Assembly: GCA_035288105.1 (NCBI GenBank)
Contig: DATEAY010000013.1
Location: 6,668 to 70,667 of the forward strand
Direction of reading: 5' to 3'
DNA: 64,000 nt
DNA from: Candidatus Babeliales bacterium
GTDB lineage: Bacteria > Babelota > Babeliae > Babelales > Vermiphilaceae
Shown: positions 1 to 9,390 of the stretch, one piece after another
Layout: every line of letters starts with the position of its first letter
Position numbering within the stretch: the first letter of the stretch is position 1
Notes under the pieces: generated by a model
Databases searched by the model: none
What the model was told of the DNA's origin: nothing
What the model saw: only the letters and a program-made list of their open reading frames with translations
Program-made: the position numbers and the translations under genes

Positions 1-1381
1 CACATGCATAGCCAAGTTGTTTGAGTGTTTCCGGGTTAACAATATTACGTGCATCCACAATGATAGCATTGCGCATTACTTTTTTGAGCCGCACAAAATC
101 AATTTGTTTAATCTCATCCCAATCGGTCATAATAACAACAGCATCAGCAGTTGTTGCCGCTTCATATGGCGATGTACAGTACATTAATCCTGGAAAAATT
201 TTACTCATATTGTTCATTGCAATTGGATCATACGCTCTGACAATTGCTCCCTGTTCTAGCAACAATTCAATTGTTTTAATTGAAGGAGAATAACGAACAT
301 CATCAGTATTTGCTTTAAAAGCAAGACCCAACACAGCAATTGTTTTTCCTGCAAGATCTTCATGTAATTCTCTTTGTACAAGTGCTTGCAATTTTTCAAC
401 CGGCTTGCCCTGCTGCACCACATTTGCATCTAATGCTGCTTGAACAGTATGAAACGGCAAGTTATGTTCACGAGCAATATACACTATAGCTTGCGAATCT
501 TTTGGAAAACATGATCCGCCAAAACCAGGGCCCGGATTAAGAAATGCAGGACTAATACGATGATCTAGCCCCATTGCATATGCAACTGTTTTTACATCGG
601 CATCGGTTGCATCGCAAAGATTAGCAACTTCATTTATATAACTTATTTTTACTGATAAAAATGCATTTGAGGCATATTTAATCATTTCCGCAGTTTGCAC
701 ATCAGTCAAGACGTAAGGAGTCCCACCAGTAATTAATGTCTCGTATATTTCACACAATGCAATAAGTGCACTGTCCGAATCAGTTCCAATAATTAGACGA
801 TCTGGGTAGAGAAAATCATTAACAGCAAGACCCTCACGCAAAAATTCAGGATTTGAAACAATGCTAAACAAACTTGGATCTATGCCATAATTTTCTTCCA
901 ATTGTGCTCGTATTTTTTTTCCTGTTCCTACTGGTACCGTACTTTTAGTGACAATAATTTTGTATGAATTAAGACTATCAGCAATTGTTTTAATAACTGC
1001 ATTAATGTAAGAAAGATCGGCATTTCCATCTTCTCCCATAGGTGTTCCAACCGCAATAAATATAATATCTCCCATTTCAATTGCCTGGGAAACATCATCA
1101 GTGAACATTAATCTTCCTGCCTCAACATTTCGTTCTACAAGGTCTTCAAGTCCCAGTTCATAAATTGGCATAATATAGTCGCGTAATAATTCTATTTTTT
1201 TTGTATCAACATCCGTACAAATTACTGAATTACCAATTTCAGCAAGGCAAGCACCTGAAACAAGGCCCACATATCCTGTACCAACTATAGTTATCACCTT
1301 GTCGCTTTGTGCAGAAAGAAATAATGGCGGTAACAATAATAATCCAAGAAAAAAATTCCTACGAATAATTGATGAAAACAT
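1..1381 (-). CDS. ugd: UDP-glucose 6-dehydrogenase; the C-terminus runs off the left edge of the window
   Basis: My own minus-strand translation (absent from the ORF track because there is no stop in the window): MFSSIIRRNFFLGLLLLPPLFLSAQSDK-VITIVGTGYVGLVSGACLAEIGN (Rossmann GxGxxG) and ...LNPGPGFGGSCFPKD (catalytic Cys motif). AAGGAG lies 6 nt upstream of the ATG at 1381. An alternative GTG start at 1297 would remove the hydrophobic leader. Confidence 0.85.
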   Translation of the reverse strand, partial: MFSSIIRRNFFLGLLLLPPLFLSAQSDKVITIVGTGYVGLVSGACLAEIGNSVICTDVDTKKIELLRDYIMPIYELGLEDLVERNVEAGRLMFTDDVSQAIEMGDIIFIAVGTPMGEDGNADLSYINAVIKTIADSLNSYKIIVTKSTVPVGTGKKIRAQLEENYGIDPSLFSIVSNPEFLREGLAVNDFLYPDRLIIGTDSDSALIALCEIYETLITGGTPYVLTDVQTAEMIKYASNAFLSVKISYINEVANLCDATDADVKTVAYAMGLDHRISPAFLNPGPGFGGSCFPKDSQAIVYIAREHNLPFHTVQAALDANVVQQGKPVEKLQALVQRELHEDLAGKTIAVLGLAFKANTDDVRYSPSIKTIELLLEQGAIVRAYDPIAMNNMSKIFPGLMYCTSPYEAATTADAVVIMTDWDEIKQIDFVRLKKVMRNAIIVDARNIVNPETLKQLGYAC

Positions 1382-1581
1382 GAAAGACTCCTTTTTTACA
1401 AATCCTCATTACAACACCAGTGCATCTTCATTATTGTATTGTATAAGTTGTTTTATAATATCAGCAACCATTTATCTATATATTGCTACTATTGGACTGC
1501 AATTAATAAATTTTTTTGTAGAATTTGTTGCTGTTTTTTTGTAATTTATCAACAATATCGTTATAAAAAAAGGAAAACGTA

Positions 1582-3099
1582 ATGAACTTAAGAGTAATAG
1601 CTGCATTTTTTTTATGCATTGGACAATTGATCAGTGGAGCTCCTTTAAAAGAAAACTCCATCGAACGACCAATTGTAGTTGTTGTTTGCTCATATAACAA
1701 TGACAAATGGTCCGAAAACACTCTTAATTCAATTTTTTCTCAGGAATATAACAACTTTAGAGTTATTATAGTTGATGACTGTTCAACAGATAACAATGCT
1801 GAAGTGATTCAAAAGTATATAGATGACCACAATCTTACCAACCGCATTACCTTTATTAAAAACGAAGTACGTCATCGTAAATTATTTAATCTGTATCGAA
1901 CACTTTATGATTGCAACGATGATGAGATCGTCTTTATGGTTGATGGAGATGATTCAATAGCTCATTCAGAAGTTCTTGCATATATCAACAGTGTCTATGA
2001 AGATGAGAATGTATGGTTTACCTATGGTCAATATCGCAACGTTCCTGCTTCTCAAGCAATTCAATGGGGACACAAAGAAATGGGCTATTGTCGCGCTATC
2101 CCCAAACACATTCAACGAAAACAAGCATATCGTTACTACAGTTTTGTTTATATGCATCCACGATCATTTAAGGCATGGCTCTTTAAACTTGTCAAGTTGG
2201 AAGATTTAATAGCAGATACCATAGACGGCTTTGAAGGAGATTTTTATCCTGCAAGCAATGATGTTGCTATGTATTTTCCCATGGTTGAAATGGCGCACAC
2301 TCATATCAAATTTATTCCTGAAGTTTTGTACATAAGAAATTTATATTCAGAAATTGTTGGTTTTAAGGTTGATCGACGTATCCAGACAGCTTCAGCACGA
2401 GAAATTAGAAAAAAAAATTGTTATTCTGTCTTATTTCAACCAAAAAAAAATAGATTCGCCAACTTAGAAAACGCAGCTGCTGATGTATTTCTTTTGTGTC
2501 GATCCAATCTCACTGAAATAGAAACCATTTTAAAAGAAATTCAAAGCAAAGCTACCGGAATAGGTACTGTATATGTCTTCTTTAATGGTACAACAGAAAA
2601 CAAAAAAATCTGCCGCTTTATAAAAAAACAATTTCTTAATGTTACCTTTGTTCCTTACGAACCTAACGGCAGTAAGAGTCTAAAAAATCGTCTTCTGGAT
2701 TATTTAAGCGTTGCTAAAAATGATCATATTTTTGTAACAACGGATGCTTGTTCCATAGTAGAAAATATAACATTTTCTGATTACATATTCTGGCTTGAAA
2801 AAACATATGCCTATCGATTTTATCTCAACAGACATGCATCACATCAAGGGACACCAAGATTTATCCCTCTTACCGACACAATATGTGCGTGGAAAATTTC
2901 TCAGGGTTTAGACAGGTGGAGAGGAATATCAATTGGAGAAGACTCCTTCATCTGCCGTAAAGCAACTCTCTACCAAGAGGCTAAAAGGTTAGATTTTAAC
3001 AACATTTATACCTTTTTAAAAGCAATTCACCTCATCCCAACACTGCCAGCACGTGTAGGATTGTTTCCAAAAGATGAAATCGTTAAGGCTGTCTTTTAG
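1582..3099 (+). CDS. family 2 glycosyltransferase with N-terminal signal/anchor and about 250 aa C-terminal region of unknown function
   Basis: VVVVCSYNNDKWSENTLNSIFSQEYNNFRVIIVDDCSTDN plus DGDD motif, which is the classic GT-A/GT2 N-terminus. Hydrophobic leader MNLRVIAAFFLCIGQLISGA. Confidence 0.75.
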   Translation: MNLRVIAAFFLCIGQLISGAPLKENSIERPIVVVVCSYNNDKWSENTLNSIFSQEYNNFRVIIVDDCSTDNNAEVIQKYIDDHNLTNRITFIKNEVRHRKLFNLYRTLYDCNDDEIVFMVDGDDSIAHSEVLAYINSVYEDENVWFTYGQYRNVPASQAIQWGHKEMGYCRAIPKHIQRKQAYRYYSFVYMHPRSFKAWLFKLVKLEDLIADTIDGFEGDFYPASNDVAMYFPMVEMAHTHIKFIPEVLYIRNLYSEIVGFKVDRRIQTASAREIRKKNCYSVLFQPKKNRFANLENAAADVFLLCRSNLTEIETILKEIQSKATGIGTVYVFFNGTTENKKICRFIKKQFLNVTFVPYEPNGSKSLKNRLLDYLSVAKNDHIFVTTDACSIVENITFSDYIFWLEKTYAYRFYLNRHASHQGTPRFIPLTDTICAWKISQGLDRWRGISIGEDSFICRKATLYQEAKRLDFNNIYTFLKAIHLIPTLPARVGLFPKDEIVKAVF

Positions 3100-3841
3100 A
3101 TAGCCCTTTTGTTGTGCGCACTGTTCTCGCAACATATTTAAGTTGTTTTATTTTGTTGCTGATTCCAGGAGTCCAATTAGCGTGATGCATCTTAATATCC
3201 TCTGGTATTGGTAGGTACATTCCAGGACGCCATTCATAACCAGTGAGCGTTCCTCCCCCAAAAAAACTATCTGGTAAATAGTCCCACACTAATCCATAAG
3301 GATTTCTTTTGCTCTTTTTTTTGATGCATTGGTTAAATGAATTTTGATCACTGTTAGATGATTTTTTTTGCATTGTTTTTTTGACATCTTTCCACAATCG
3401 TAACGTTTTTTCATTACCACGACATGCAAAAAAACCGGTACATAAAACGCCACTCGGATTATTCCTTTGCATGATAATATCCTTGCCTTCCATCAATGCA
3501 AGAATAGTGTCTTGAATAGGCGCAAAAAATTGAATATCAACATCTGAAAAAATAAAAATTTTACCCCAATTTTCTTCGATTGCACGAATAATAAGGTCAA
3601 CCTTACGCATTGTTGTTTTTGTCCACCCTTCATTCATAAATTTTGCTGTAGCACATGTTTGCTCACAAAACTCAAGAACAATGTCAAAGTCATCTTGTAT
3701 AGACGGTAAAAAATATTCATCTTTCAGTACTTCATGCGACGGTGTGTATAAGGCATATAACTTTATTTTTTCATGAGAAAAAGATTCCGTTATGTAACAA
3801 AGTAAAGCAATACAAGAAAAAACATATAATTTTTTCACCAT
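3083..3841 (-). CDS. putative nucleotide-diphospho-sugar transferase (DxD type), signal/anchor peptide
   Basis: FIFSDVDIQF DxD-like motif and size/pattern reminiscent of nucleotide-diphospho-sugar transferases. Leader MVKKLYVFSCIALLCYITESFS. Overlaps the 3' end of the convergent GT2 gene by 17 nt. Confidence 0.45.
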   Translation of the reverse strand: MVKKLYVFSCIALLCYITESFSHEKIKLYALYTPSHEVLKDEYFLPSIQDDFDIVLEFCEQTCATAKFMNEGWTKTTMRKVDLIIRAIEENWGKIFIFSDVDIQFFAPIQDTILALMEGKDIIMQRNNPSGVLCTGFFACRGNEKTLRLWKDVKKTMQKKSSNSDQNSFNQCIKKKSKRNPYGLVWDYLPDSFFGGGTLTGYEWRPGMYLPIPEDIKMHHANWTPGISNKIKQLKYVARTVRTTKGLSKRQP

Positions 3842-3932
3842 AACTCCTTTTTTTGTGATTGCGTTTTTTTATCTTGATTACTACTTTAACACTAAGAAGA
3901 CAAAAAAATAGTTCCCAAAAAAAAGGACGTTT

Positions 3933-5042
3933 ATGAAAAATATTTTTTTATTGTGCATGGCAACAACAATCATCCAGATAACTCTATTACTGCCTACGTT
4001 TTCTGCTTCAGCTTCTTCCGATGGGCACCCACTACAGAATGAAGTGAGTATTGGGTTAGAAGAATCAGAGCACTCTCAATCGGACTTCGCTGAAACTTCA
4101 TTGGATGCAATTCCCAGCTTTAGCGACGACGAACAAGTTCAGAATGATCGCCAAGAGCAGTCTATTAAAAATAAACCCTGCGCCATCACATGGCAACCAA
4201 ACGGTGGACGGTTTGGTGACGATTTAGCATCTTATTGCAGAACAAAATGGCTCTCACGCGAGCTTGATATTCCACTCCTTTGCTTGCCATTTCCTTATTC
4301 TGACCAGTTGATGTTGCATGAAAATGAAGAATTGTGCACAGCAGAATGTCGACAACAATTTTCCAAAATTGTACAACTCATAAAAAAACCTCCGTACGTA
4401 TTATCAAAAAATAACAACACTCTCTACATTTGCCGCTGGAAAACTGAAGTTACGATTGATTGGTTTGATCAAAGCTTTTTAATAGAGCTGAAAAAAAACA
4501 TTACTCCTCGCTATGAAATACAAAAAATTGAAATTCCTGCTGAAGTCGTATCAATTGCGGCACACGTGCGAAATGGTGGAACTTTTGCCGCTGATACTCC
4601 CGAAGAAAAAGAACGTTGTCCATTACGGTTTGTTCCCGAAGAATTTTTTATTGATCAAATAGAACGCCTTGCTGCAATGTTTCCTGCAGACAACCTGTAT
4701 GTATATATATTTACAGATCATCCAGAACCAGCGAAATTAGCAAAAAAATTCACACGAGCACTCAACGACCCTCGCATTACGTTCGATTATAGAAAAGAAG
4801 ACAACAGTCACAAGGCAAATGTTCTGGAAGATTTTTTTTCTATGATGGATTTTGATTGTCTTATTCGTCCGGGATCAAATTTTACGCGTTTTGTTCAACG
4901 ACTCGGTAATAATAAAGTTGTTATTTACCCAGAAAGCGTCAAAGAAATTGCTCCAGGAAAAAAAGTTATTGATACCATAAAAGTTAAAACACGAACCGAT
5001 AGTGATGAAAGATGGAAAACACAAAATATAACAATTGCTTAA
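3933..5042 (+). CDS. secreted/anchored protein with fucosyltransferase-like (GT11/GT23-type) C-terminal motifs
   Basis: Signal peptide MKNIFLLCMATTIIQITLLLPTFSASA, then an acidic low-complexity stretch. AAHVRNGG resembles the HxRRGD motif, and EDFFSMMDFDCLIRPGSNFTRF resembles GT11 motif IV (ED..lM..C...I.snStFs). Confidence 0.4.
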   Translation: MKNIFLLCMATTIIQITLLLPTFSASASSDGHPLQNEVSIGLEESEHSQSDFAETSLDAIPSFSDDEQVQNDRQEQSIKNKPCAITWQPNGGRFGDDLASYCRTKWLSRELDIPLLCLPFPYSDQLMLHENEELCTAECRQQFSKIVQLIKKPPYVLSKNNNTLYICRWKTEVTIDWFDQSFLIELKKNITPRYEIQKIEIPAEVVSIAAHVRNGGTFAADTPEEKERCPLRFVPEEFFIDQIERLAAMFPADNLYVYIFTDHPEPAKLAKKFTRALNDPRITFDYRKEDNSHKANVLEDFFSMMDFDCLIRPGSNFTRFVQRLGNNKVVIYPESVKEIAPGKKVIDTIKVKTRTDSDERWKTQNITIA

Positions 5043-5044
5043 AT

Positions 5045-5704
5045 TTATTTTCTCACAAACAACGCATTACCAAAAAATGATGTGTTTGTATCTTCAAAAT
5101 CACGCCCAATATGATCAAACCCATGATTGGTCATCCATGCAACAATATCCTCATACAGTGGTTGACCTTCATAACTTTCAATAAATGATACCTCTGCTAA
5201 AATAATAGTAATGTTTTTGATCATTATTGGTGCAGCTTGAAGTATCGCAAGCTCATGACCTTGTGTATCAAGCCACATAAGATCAATTGTTTGTATTGCA
5301 TTCTCGTTCGCCCATGTATCCAGGGTAACGGTTTGCACCATTGTTGTTCGAGGAAATATTAGTGGGGATTTTGACAATCGTTGTTTTGGTTTACGTAGCG
5401 ATCCAGCTTGTGATGCAACTCCCGGACGAGTAGAGCGTTCTGAAACATAAAAAAGTTCAGTTCCATTGTTACTGCTCAATGCCAACCGATAATAATGAAC
5501 ATTATTTAATTCGGTTGTATTTGTAACTAATCGATCATAAATTTCTGGCAATGGTTCAAATGCATGAATTGTCGCGTTTGGCCATTGTTTTGCCATTTTT
5601 TTAGTATCATTACCATCAAATGCACCAGCTTCAACAATAACCGGATTATCAGGCAAAAATTGCTTTACTATGTCTATGGTTTTATGCGAATTAAATATAA
5701 TCAT
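5045..5704 (-). CDS. FkbM-family SAM-dependent methyltransferase
   Basis: VIVEAGAFDGNDTKKMAKQWPNATIHAFEPLPEIYDRL matches the FkbM pattern (D.GA..G..t ... .FEP.p). Length is about 220 aa. Confidence 0.7.
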   Translation of the reverse strand: MIIFNSHKTIDIVKQFLPDNPVIVEAGAFDGNDTKKMAKQWPNATIHAFEPLPEIYDRLVTNTTELNNVHYYRLALSSNNGTELFYVSERSTRPGVASQAGSLRKPKQRLSKSPLIFPRTTMVQTVTLDTWANENAIQTIDLMWLDTQGHELAILQAAPIMIKNITIILAEVSFIESYEGQPLYEDIVAWMTNHGFDHIGRDFEDTNTSFFGNALFVRK

Positions 5705-5748
5705 CTATTGCTAACTTCGTTTTGATGGTACAATGAATTTCATAAATA

Positions 5749-5875
5749 GTTCGTTTCCTTCGACAGGCTCAGGACGAACGGAGATAAAACTAAACTCCAT
5801 CAAAACAACTCGGTACTTCTTTATATTAATAAAATTCAAGTCCCGTTCGTCCTGAGCCTGTCGAAGGAAACGAAC
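5749..5875. repeat. palindromic dispersed element, copy 1 (type B arms)
   Basis: Perfect 33-nt inverted repeat GTTCGTTTCCTTCGACAGGCTCAGGACGAACGG (5749-5781) and its reverse complement (5843-5875), with a 61-nt spacer. Lies in a divergent intergenic region. Confidence 0.9.
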
Positions 5876-5906
5876 TTAAAATTATTTATATTATAAGTAG
5901 TATACC

Positions 5907-6635
5907 ATGAAAATAAGTATTATTATTCCCGCATATAACGAAGAAGAGCGCATTGAAAGAACAATGCGCGCATACCATCACTTTTTTACAGAAAAACAAC
6001 AACAAATCAATCTGTTTTTTGAGCTTGTCATCGTACTCAATGGTTGCAAAGATAACACCATCGGCGTTGTACAAGCAGTACGCAATGATCTGCCAGAAAA
6101 CACCATTGTTATCATCAATATGCAACAAGCCGGAAAAGGTTTAGCTATCAAAGCAGGCTTTGTCGACACTTTAATCAGAGACAATGATTTAATCGGATTT
6201 GTTGATGCAGATATGGCAACTGCTCCGCAAGCATTTTACGACCTTGTAGCAAACATTGCAGATGTTGACGGTGTCATTGCAAGTCGCTATATGCCTGGTG
6301 CACACATAACTCCAGAACGCCCCGCATACAAACGCTGGGGCAGTCGTATTATTTATGAACCATACGTATGGTTACTGTTTGGATTAACATATTATGATCT
6401 GCAATGTGGTGCAAAATTATTCAAAAGGGCGGTTATAGAACGCATAACGCCACAACTGACCGTTACGCAATGGGCATTTGATGCAGAACTGCTTTATTTA
6501 TGCAAAAAAGCTGGCTTTACCATTAAAGAAATACCAACCGTGTGGCACGATCAAGCTGATAGTAAATTAACACTACGAGGTGGAATGCGCATGTTCAGTG
6601 CACTATTTAAAGTGTGGCGTCAACATCGTTTTTAG
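5907..6635 (+). CDS. GT2 polyprenyl/dolichyl-phosphate glycosyltransferase-like
   Basis: MKISIIIPAYNEEERIERT..., VDADMATAP (DxD) and QCGAKLF motifs are typical of DPM/DPG-synthase-like GT2 enzymes. Confidence 0.8.
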   Translation: MKISIIIPAYNEEERIERTMRAYHHFFTEKQQQINLFFELVIVLNGCKDNTIGVVQAVRNDLPENTIVIINMQQAGKGLAIKAGFVDTLIRDNDLIGFVDADMATAPQAFYDLVANIADVDGVIASRYMPGAHITPERPAYKRWGSRIIYEPYVWLLFGLTYYDLQCGAKLFKRAVIERITPQLTVTQWAFDAELLYLCKKAGFTIKEIPTVWHDQADSKLTLRGGMRMFSALFKVWRQHRF

Positions 6636-6676
6636 ACGTAAGGCCTTTAAAGATGGCTGCCTCTGAACTAAATTCA

Positions 6677-7969
6677 TTACAAATTTATCGGAAACTGCGC
6701 ACATAAGTTTCGTGCTTTAACTTTTATCGCACTCAAAACTACATCGTTATCATGATGCTTAATTACATCGTCAATCAAATGTACTATTTCTTTCATCTGT
6801 TGTTCTTGCATACCACGTGTTGTTACAGCAGGGCTACCAACACGAATACCACTTGTTTCCCATGGTTTTCTTGTATCAAACGGAATACAGCTACGCGTTA
6901 TATTTATTCCTGCTTTTTCAAGCGCGTTATCAGCTTTTAATCCACTGATATTTTTTGCAGTTAAATCAACAATAAATAAATGATTATCTGTACCACCTGC
7001 AACAATACGATATCCGAGCGAAATAAATTCATTCGCTATTGCGCGAGCATTGTTAATAATTTGTTGCTGATACTCCACAAACGATGGTTGGAGCGCTTCG
7101 TGGAACGCAACTGCTTTTGCTGCAATAGTATTCATTAATGGGCCACCTTGCATACCCGGCATAATTGCACGATCAATTTTCAACGCATGTTCAGCAGAAC
7201 TCATAATCAATCCACCGCGTGGACCACGCAATGTTTTGTGCGTTGTACTTGTTACAAAATCGGCACAATCAATAGGACTTGGATGTAATCCTGTTGCCAC
7301 CAGACCGGCAATATGCGCAATGTCTGCAAGCAGCAGGGCGTTAACACTTTTTGCAATCTGCGACAGTTTTTCAAAATCTATGATGCGCGAATACGCTGAT
7401 GCACCACAAATAATTAATTTTGGTTTGTGTTGCTGCGCCAATCGTTCAATTTCATCATAATCAAGACATTCAGTTTCGCGGTTTACTGTGTATTGTACAC
7501 TGTTGAATAATGTACCAGAAAAGTTTACTCCATGCCCATGCGTCAAATGGCCACCAGAACTTAAACTCATACCCAAAATGGTATCACCTGGCTGCAACAA
7601 TGAAAAATAAACCGCCATATTTGCTTGTGAACCAGAATGTGGTTGCACATTGGCATGCTGCGCATTAAAAAGTTTTTTACAACGCTCTATTGCCAAAACT
7701 TCCGCCTCATCAACCTGCACACAACCAGGATAGTACCGTTTGCCAGGATAACCTTCAGCATATTTATTGGTCAGTACTGACCCTGTCGCAGCCATCACTG
7801 CCGATGAAACATAATTTTCTGAAGCAATAAGATTAATTGTCTCTTCTTGACGCTGTTTTTCCCGTTCAATAATGTTAAAAATTTCTCGATCAGGACTATT
7901 TACATTCATAGCATATCCCATAGGTCTAGTACGTGAATTGATAGTAGGCACATCCATGTTATATTCCAA
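6677..7969 (-). CDS. glyA: serine hydroxymethyltransferase
   Basis: [27 protein letters not shown] (PLP-lysine motif). The track ORF starts at a TTG; the true start is probably an internal ATG (7957, 7921 or 7909). Confidence 0.95.
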   Translation of the reverse strand: MEYNMDVPTINSRTRPMGYAMNVNSPDREIFNIIEREKQRQEETINLIASENYVSSAVMAATGSVLTNKYAEGYPGKRYYPGCVQVDEAEVLAIERCKKLFNAQHANVQPHSGSQANMAVYFSLLQPGDTILGMSLSSGGHLTHGHGVNFSGTLFNSVQYTVNRETECLDYDEIERLAQQHKPKLIICGASAYSRIIDFEKLSQIAKSVNALLLADIAHIAGLVATGLHPSPIDCADFVTSTTHKTLRGPRGGLIMSSAEHALKIDRAIMPGMQGGPLMNTIAAKAVAFHEALQPSFVEYQQQIINNARAIANEFISLGYRIVAGGTDNHLFIVDLTAKNISGLKADNALEKAGINITRSCIPFDTRKPWETSGIRVGSPAVTTRGMQEQQMKEIVHLIDDVIKHHDNDVVLSAIKVKARNLCAQFPINL

Positions 7970-8227
7970 GCATAAAAGGGTTAGGCTTTTAGACTACCAC
8001 CGAGCCGATATTGCATCAAATAGTTTATTTTTAACCTATTATAGCCCTACAGCGGTGCCATTTGCCTTTTTTACAGCCTTTTTTTATACTGATAGATAGG
8101 ACCTCTTATATGGGGTCCTTATAGCCCATATTCCGATTCTCTCCATACGGGCACCCAATTGGAATGAAGTGAAGATTGGGTTAAAAACATGGAATTAAAC
8201 TAATCCGTCAACCATGAAGGAAATGCT

Positions 8228-8794
8228 GTGATTGCTACGACAGATTTTAAAAAAGGCATGAAAATTCTTTATAACAACGCCCCATACATGATTTTGGACT
8301 ATCACCATGTAAAACCAGGAAAAGGCGGCGCTTTTGTTAAAACAAAAATGAGAAATATGATAACCGGGCTTATCTGGGAAGATACCTTCCGTTCCGGTGA
8401 AAAATTCGATCAACCAGACCTTGAATACAACGATATGCAGTTTCTTTATGCTGATGGTGGCCTCTATCACTTTATGGATCAAAAAACCTTTGATCAAGTT
8501 TCATTCAATAAAGAACAAATTGAAGAAGTGCTCGATTTTCTTAAAGAACAAGAAGTATATACCGTGCTTAATTTTGAAGGCAAACCAATAACGGTGACTG
8601 CTCCTATGTTCATGGAAATAGCAGTTAAAGAAACAATGCCAGGAGTCAGAGGCGATACCGCTCAAGGTGGCGCAACAAAACCGGCAACTTTAGAATCTGG
8701 CCTTGTGATTCAGGTTCCTTTGTTTGTGAATGAAGGCGATATGATCAAAATAGATACACGCGATAAATCGTATATGGAACGAGTTAAAAAATAA
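8228..8794 (+). CDS. efp: elongation factor P
   Basis: DFKKGMKILYNNAPYMILDYHHVKPGKGGAFVKTKMRN (KPGKG loop). 188 aa, GTG start. Confidence 0.95.
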   Translation: MIATTDFKKGMKILYNNAPYMILDYHHVKPGKGGAFVKTKMRNMITGLIWEDTFRSGEKFDQPDLEYNDMQFLYADGGLYHFMDQKTFDQVSFNKEQIEEVLDFLKEQEVYTVLNFEGKPITVTAPMFMEIAVKETMPGVRGDTAQGGATKPATLESGLVIQVPLFVNEGDMIKIDTRDKSYMERVKK

Positions 8795-8874
8795 TTATAA
8801 CTATCCTGTTTTTCTCCATTACTCTTGCGCGGTGTCCCCGTGTGAAATGAAATGGAGTATGGGGTCAAGGGACT

Positions 8875-9390
8875 TTGATTATGTGCTCACTCTTTTCATC
8901 TTCAGAAGAAATTACTAAACAAGACAGCGAACAACAAGCTCCCAAATCATACGATGATTTGTCACGGCGTGATGTTCGTTCTCTTGTTTTCCATTTTTTA
9001 TATGCAGCAGAAGCTTTTAATTATGAAGAATCTGTAGAATCTATCATAGACAGCTTTAATCGTGGATTTGATCTCAATATTCCCTTAGATGGAGAACTCG
9101 CTAACATTGTGAATGCAATTGTTACTGCACGCGATGAGCTTGAAAAAACCTACGAACCGTATTTAGCAAACTGGCGTTCTGAACGAGTAAGTGTTTGCAC
9201 CAAACTTATTTTATTGTTCGCAATTTGGGAACTTAAAAATACCGAAACTGATGCTCGCATTATTATTAATGAAGCGATTGAACTCGCAAAATGCTTCGCC
9301 GAGGAAGACGCTTACAGATTTGTTAACGGGATATTGGATCCAGTTTCTAAAGAATTCCGTAAAGAATCAAGTATCAGTACTGAAAGTTGA
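8875..9390 (+). CDS. nusB: transcription antitermination factor NusB
   Basis: RRDVRSLVFHFLY...RVSVCTKLILLFAIWEL...IINEAIELAKCF...YRFVNGILD matches the NusB consensus. Stop codon is TGA. Confidence 0.85.
   Translation: MIMCSLFSSSEEITKQDSEQQAPKSYDDLSRRDVRSLVFHFLYAAEAFNYEESVESIIDSFNRGFDLNIPLDGELANIVNAIVTARDELEKTYEPYLANWRSERVSVCTKLILLFAIWELKNTETDARIIINEAIELAKCFAEEDAYRFVNGILDPVSKEFRKESSISTES

Noticed and set aside
1299-1721. ORFs 1299..1544 (+) and 1503..1721 (-) between ugd and the GT2 gene
   Set aside because: The first overlaps the ugd N-terminal extension antisense and consists of low-complexity AT-rich codons. The second overlaps the GT2 start. Neither has an RBS.
7970-8227. Possible riboswitch (ZTP/pfl or THF type) in the glyA/efp divergent intergenic region, which contains hairpins such as AGGACC-TCTTATATG-GGGTCCT
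   Set aside because: I could not find the conserved cores I remember for either the ZTP (pfl) or the THF riboswitch on either strand. Only generic small hairpins are present. A covariance-model scan (Rfam) would settle it.
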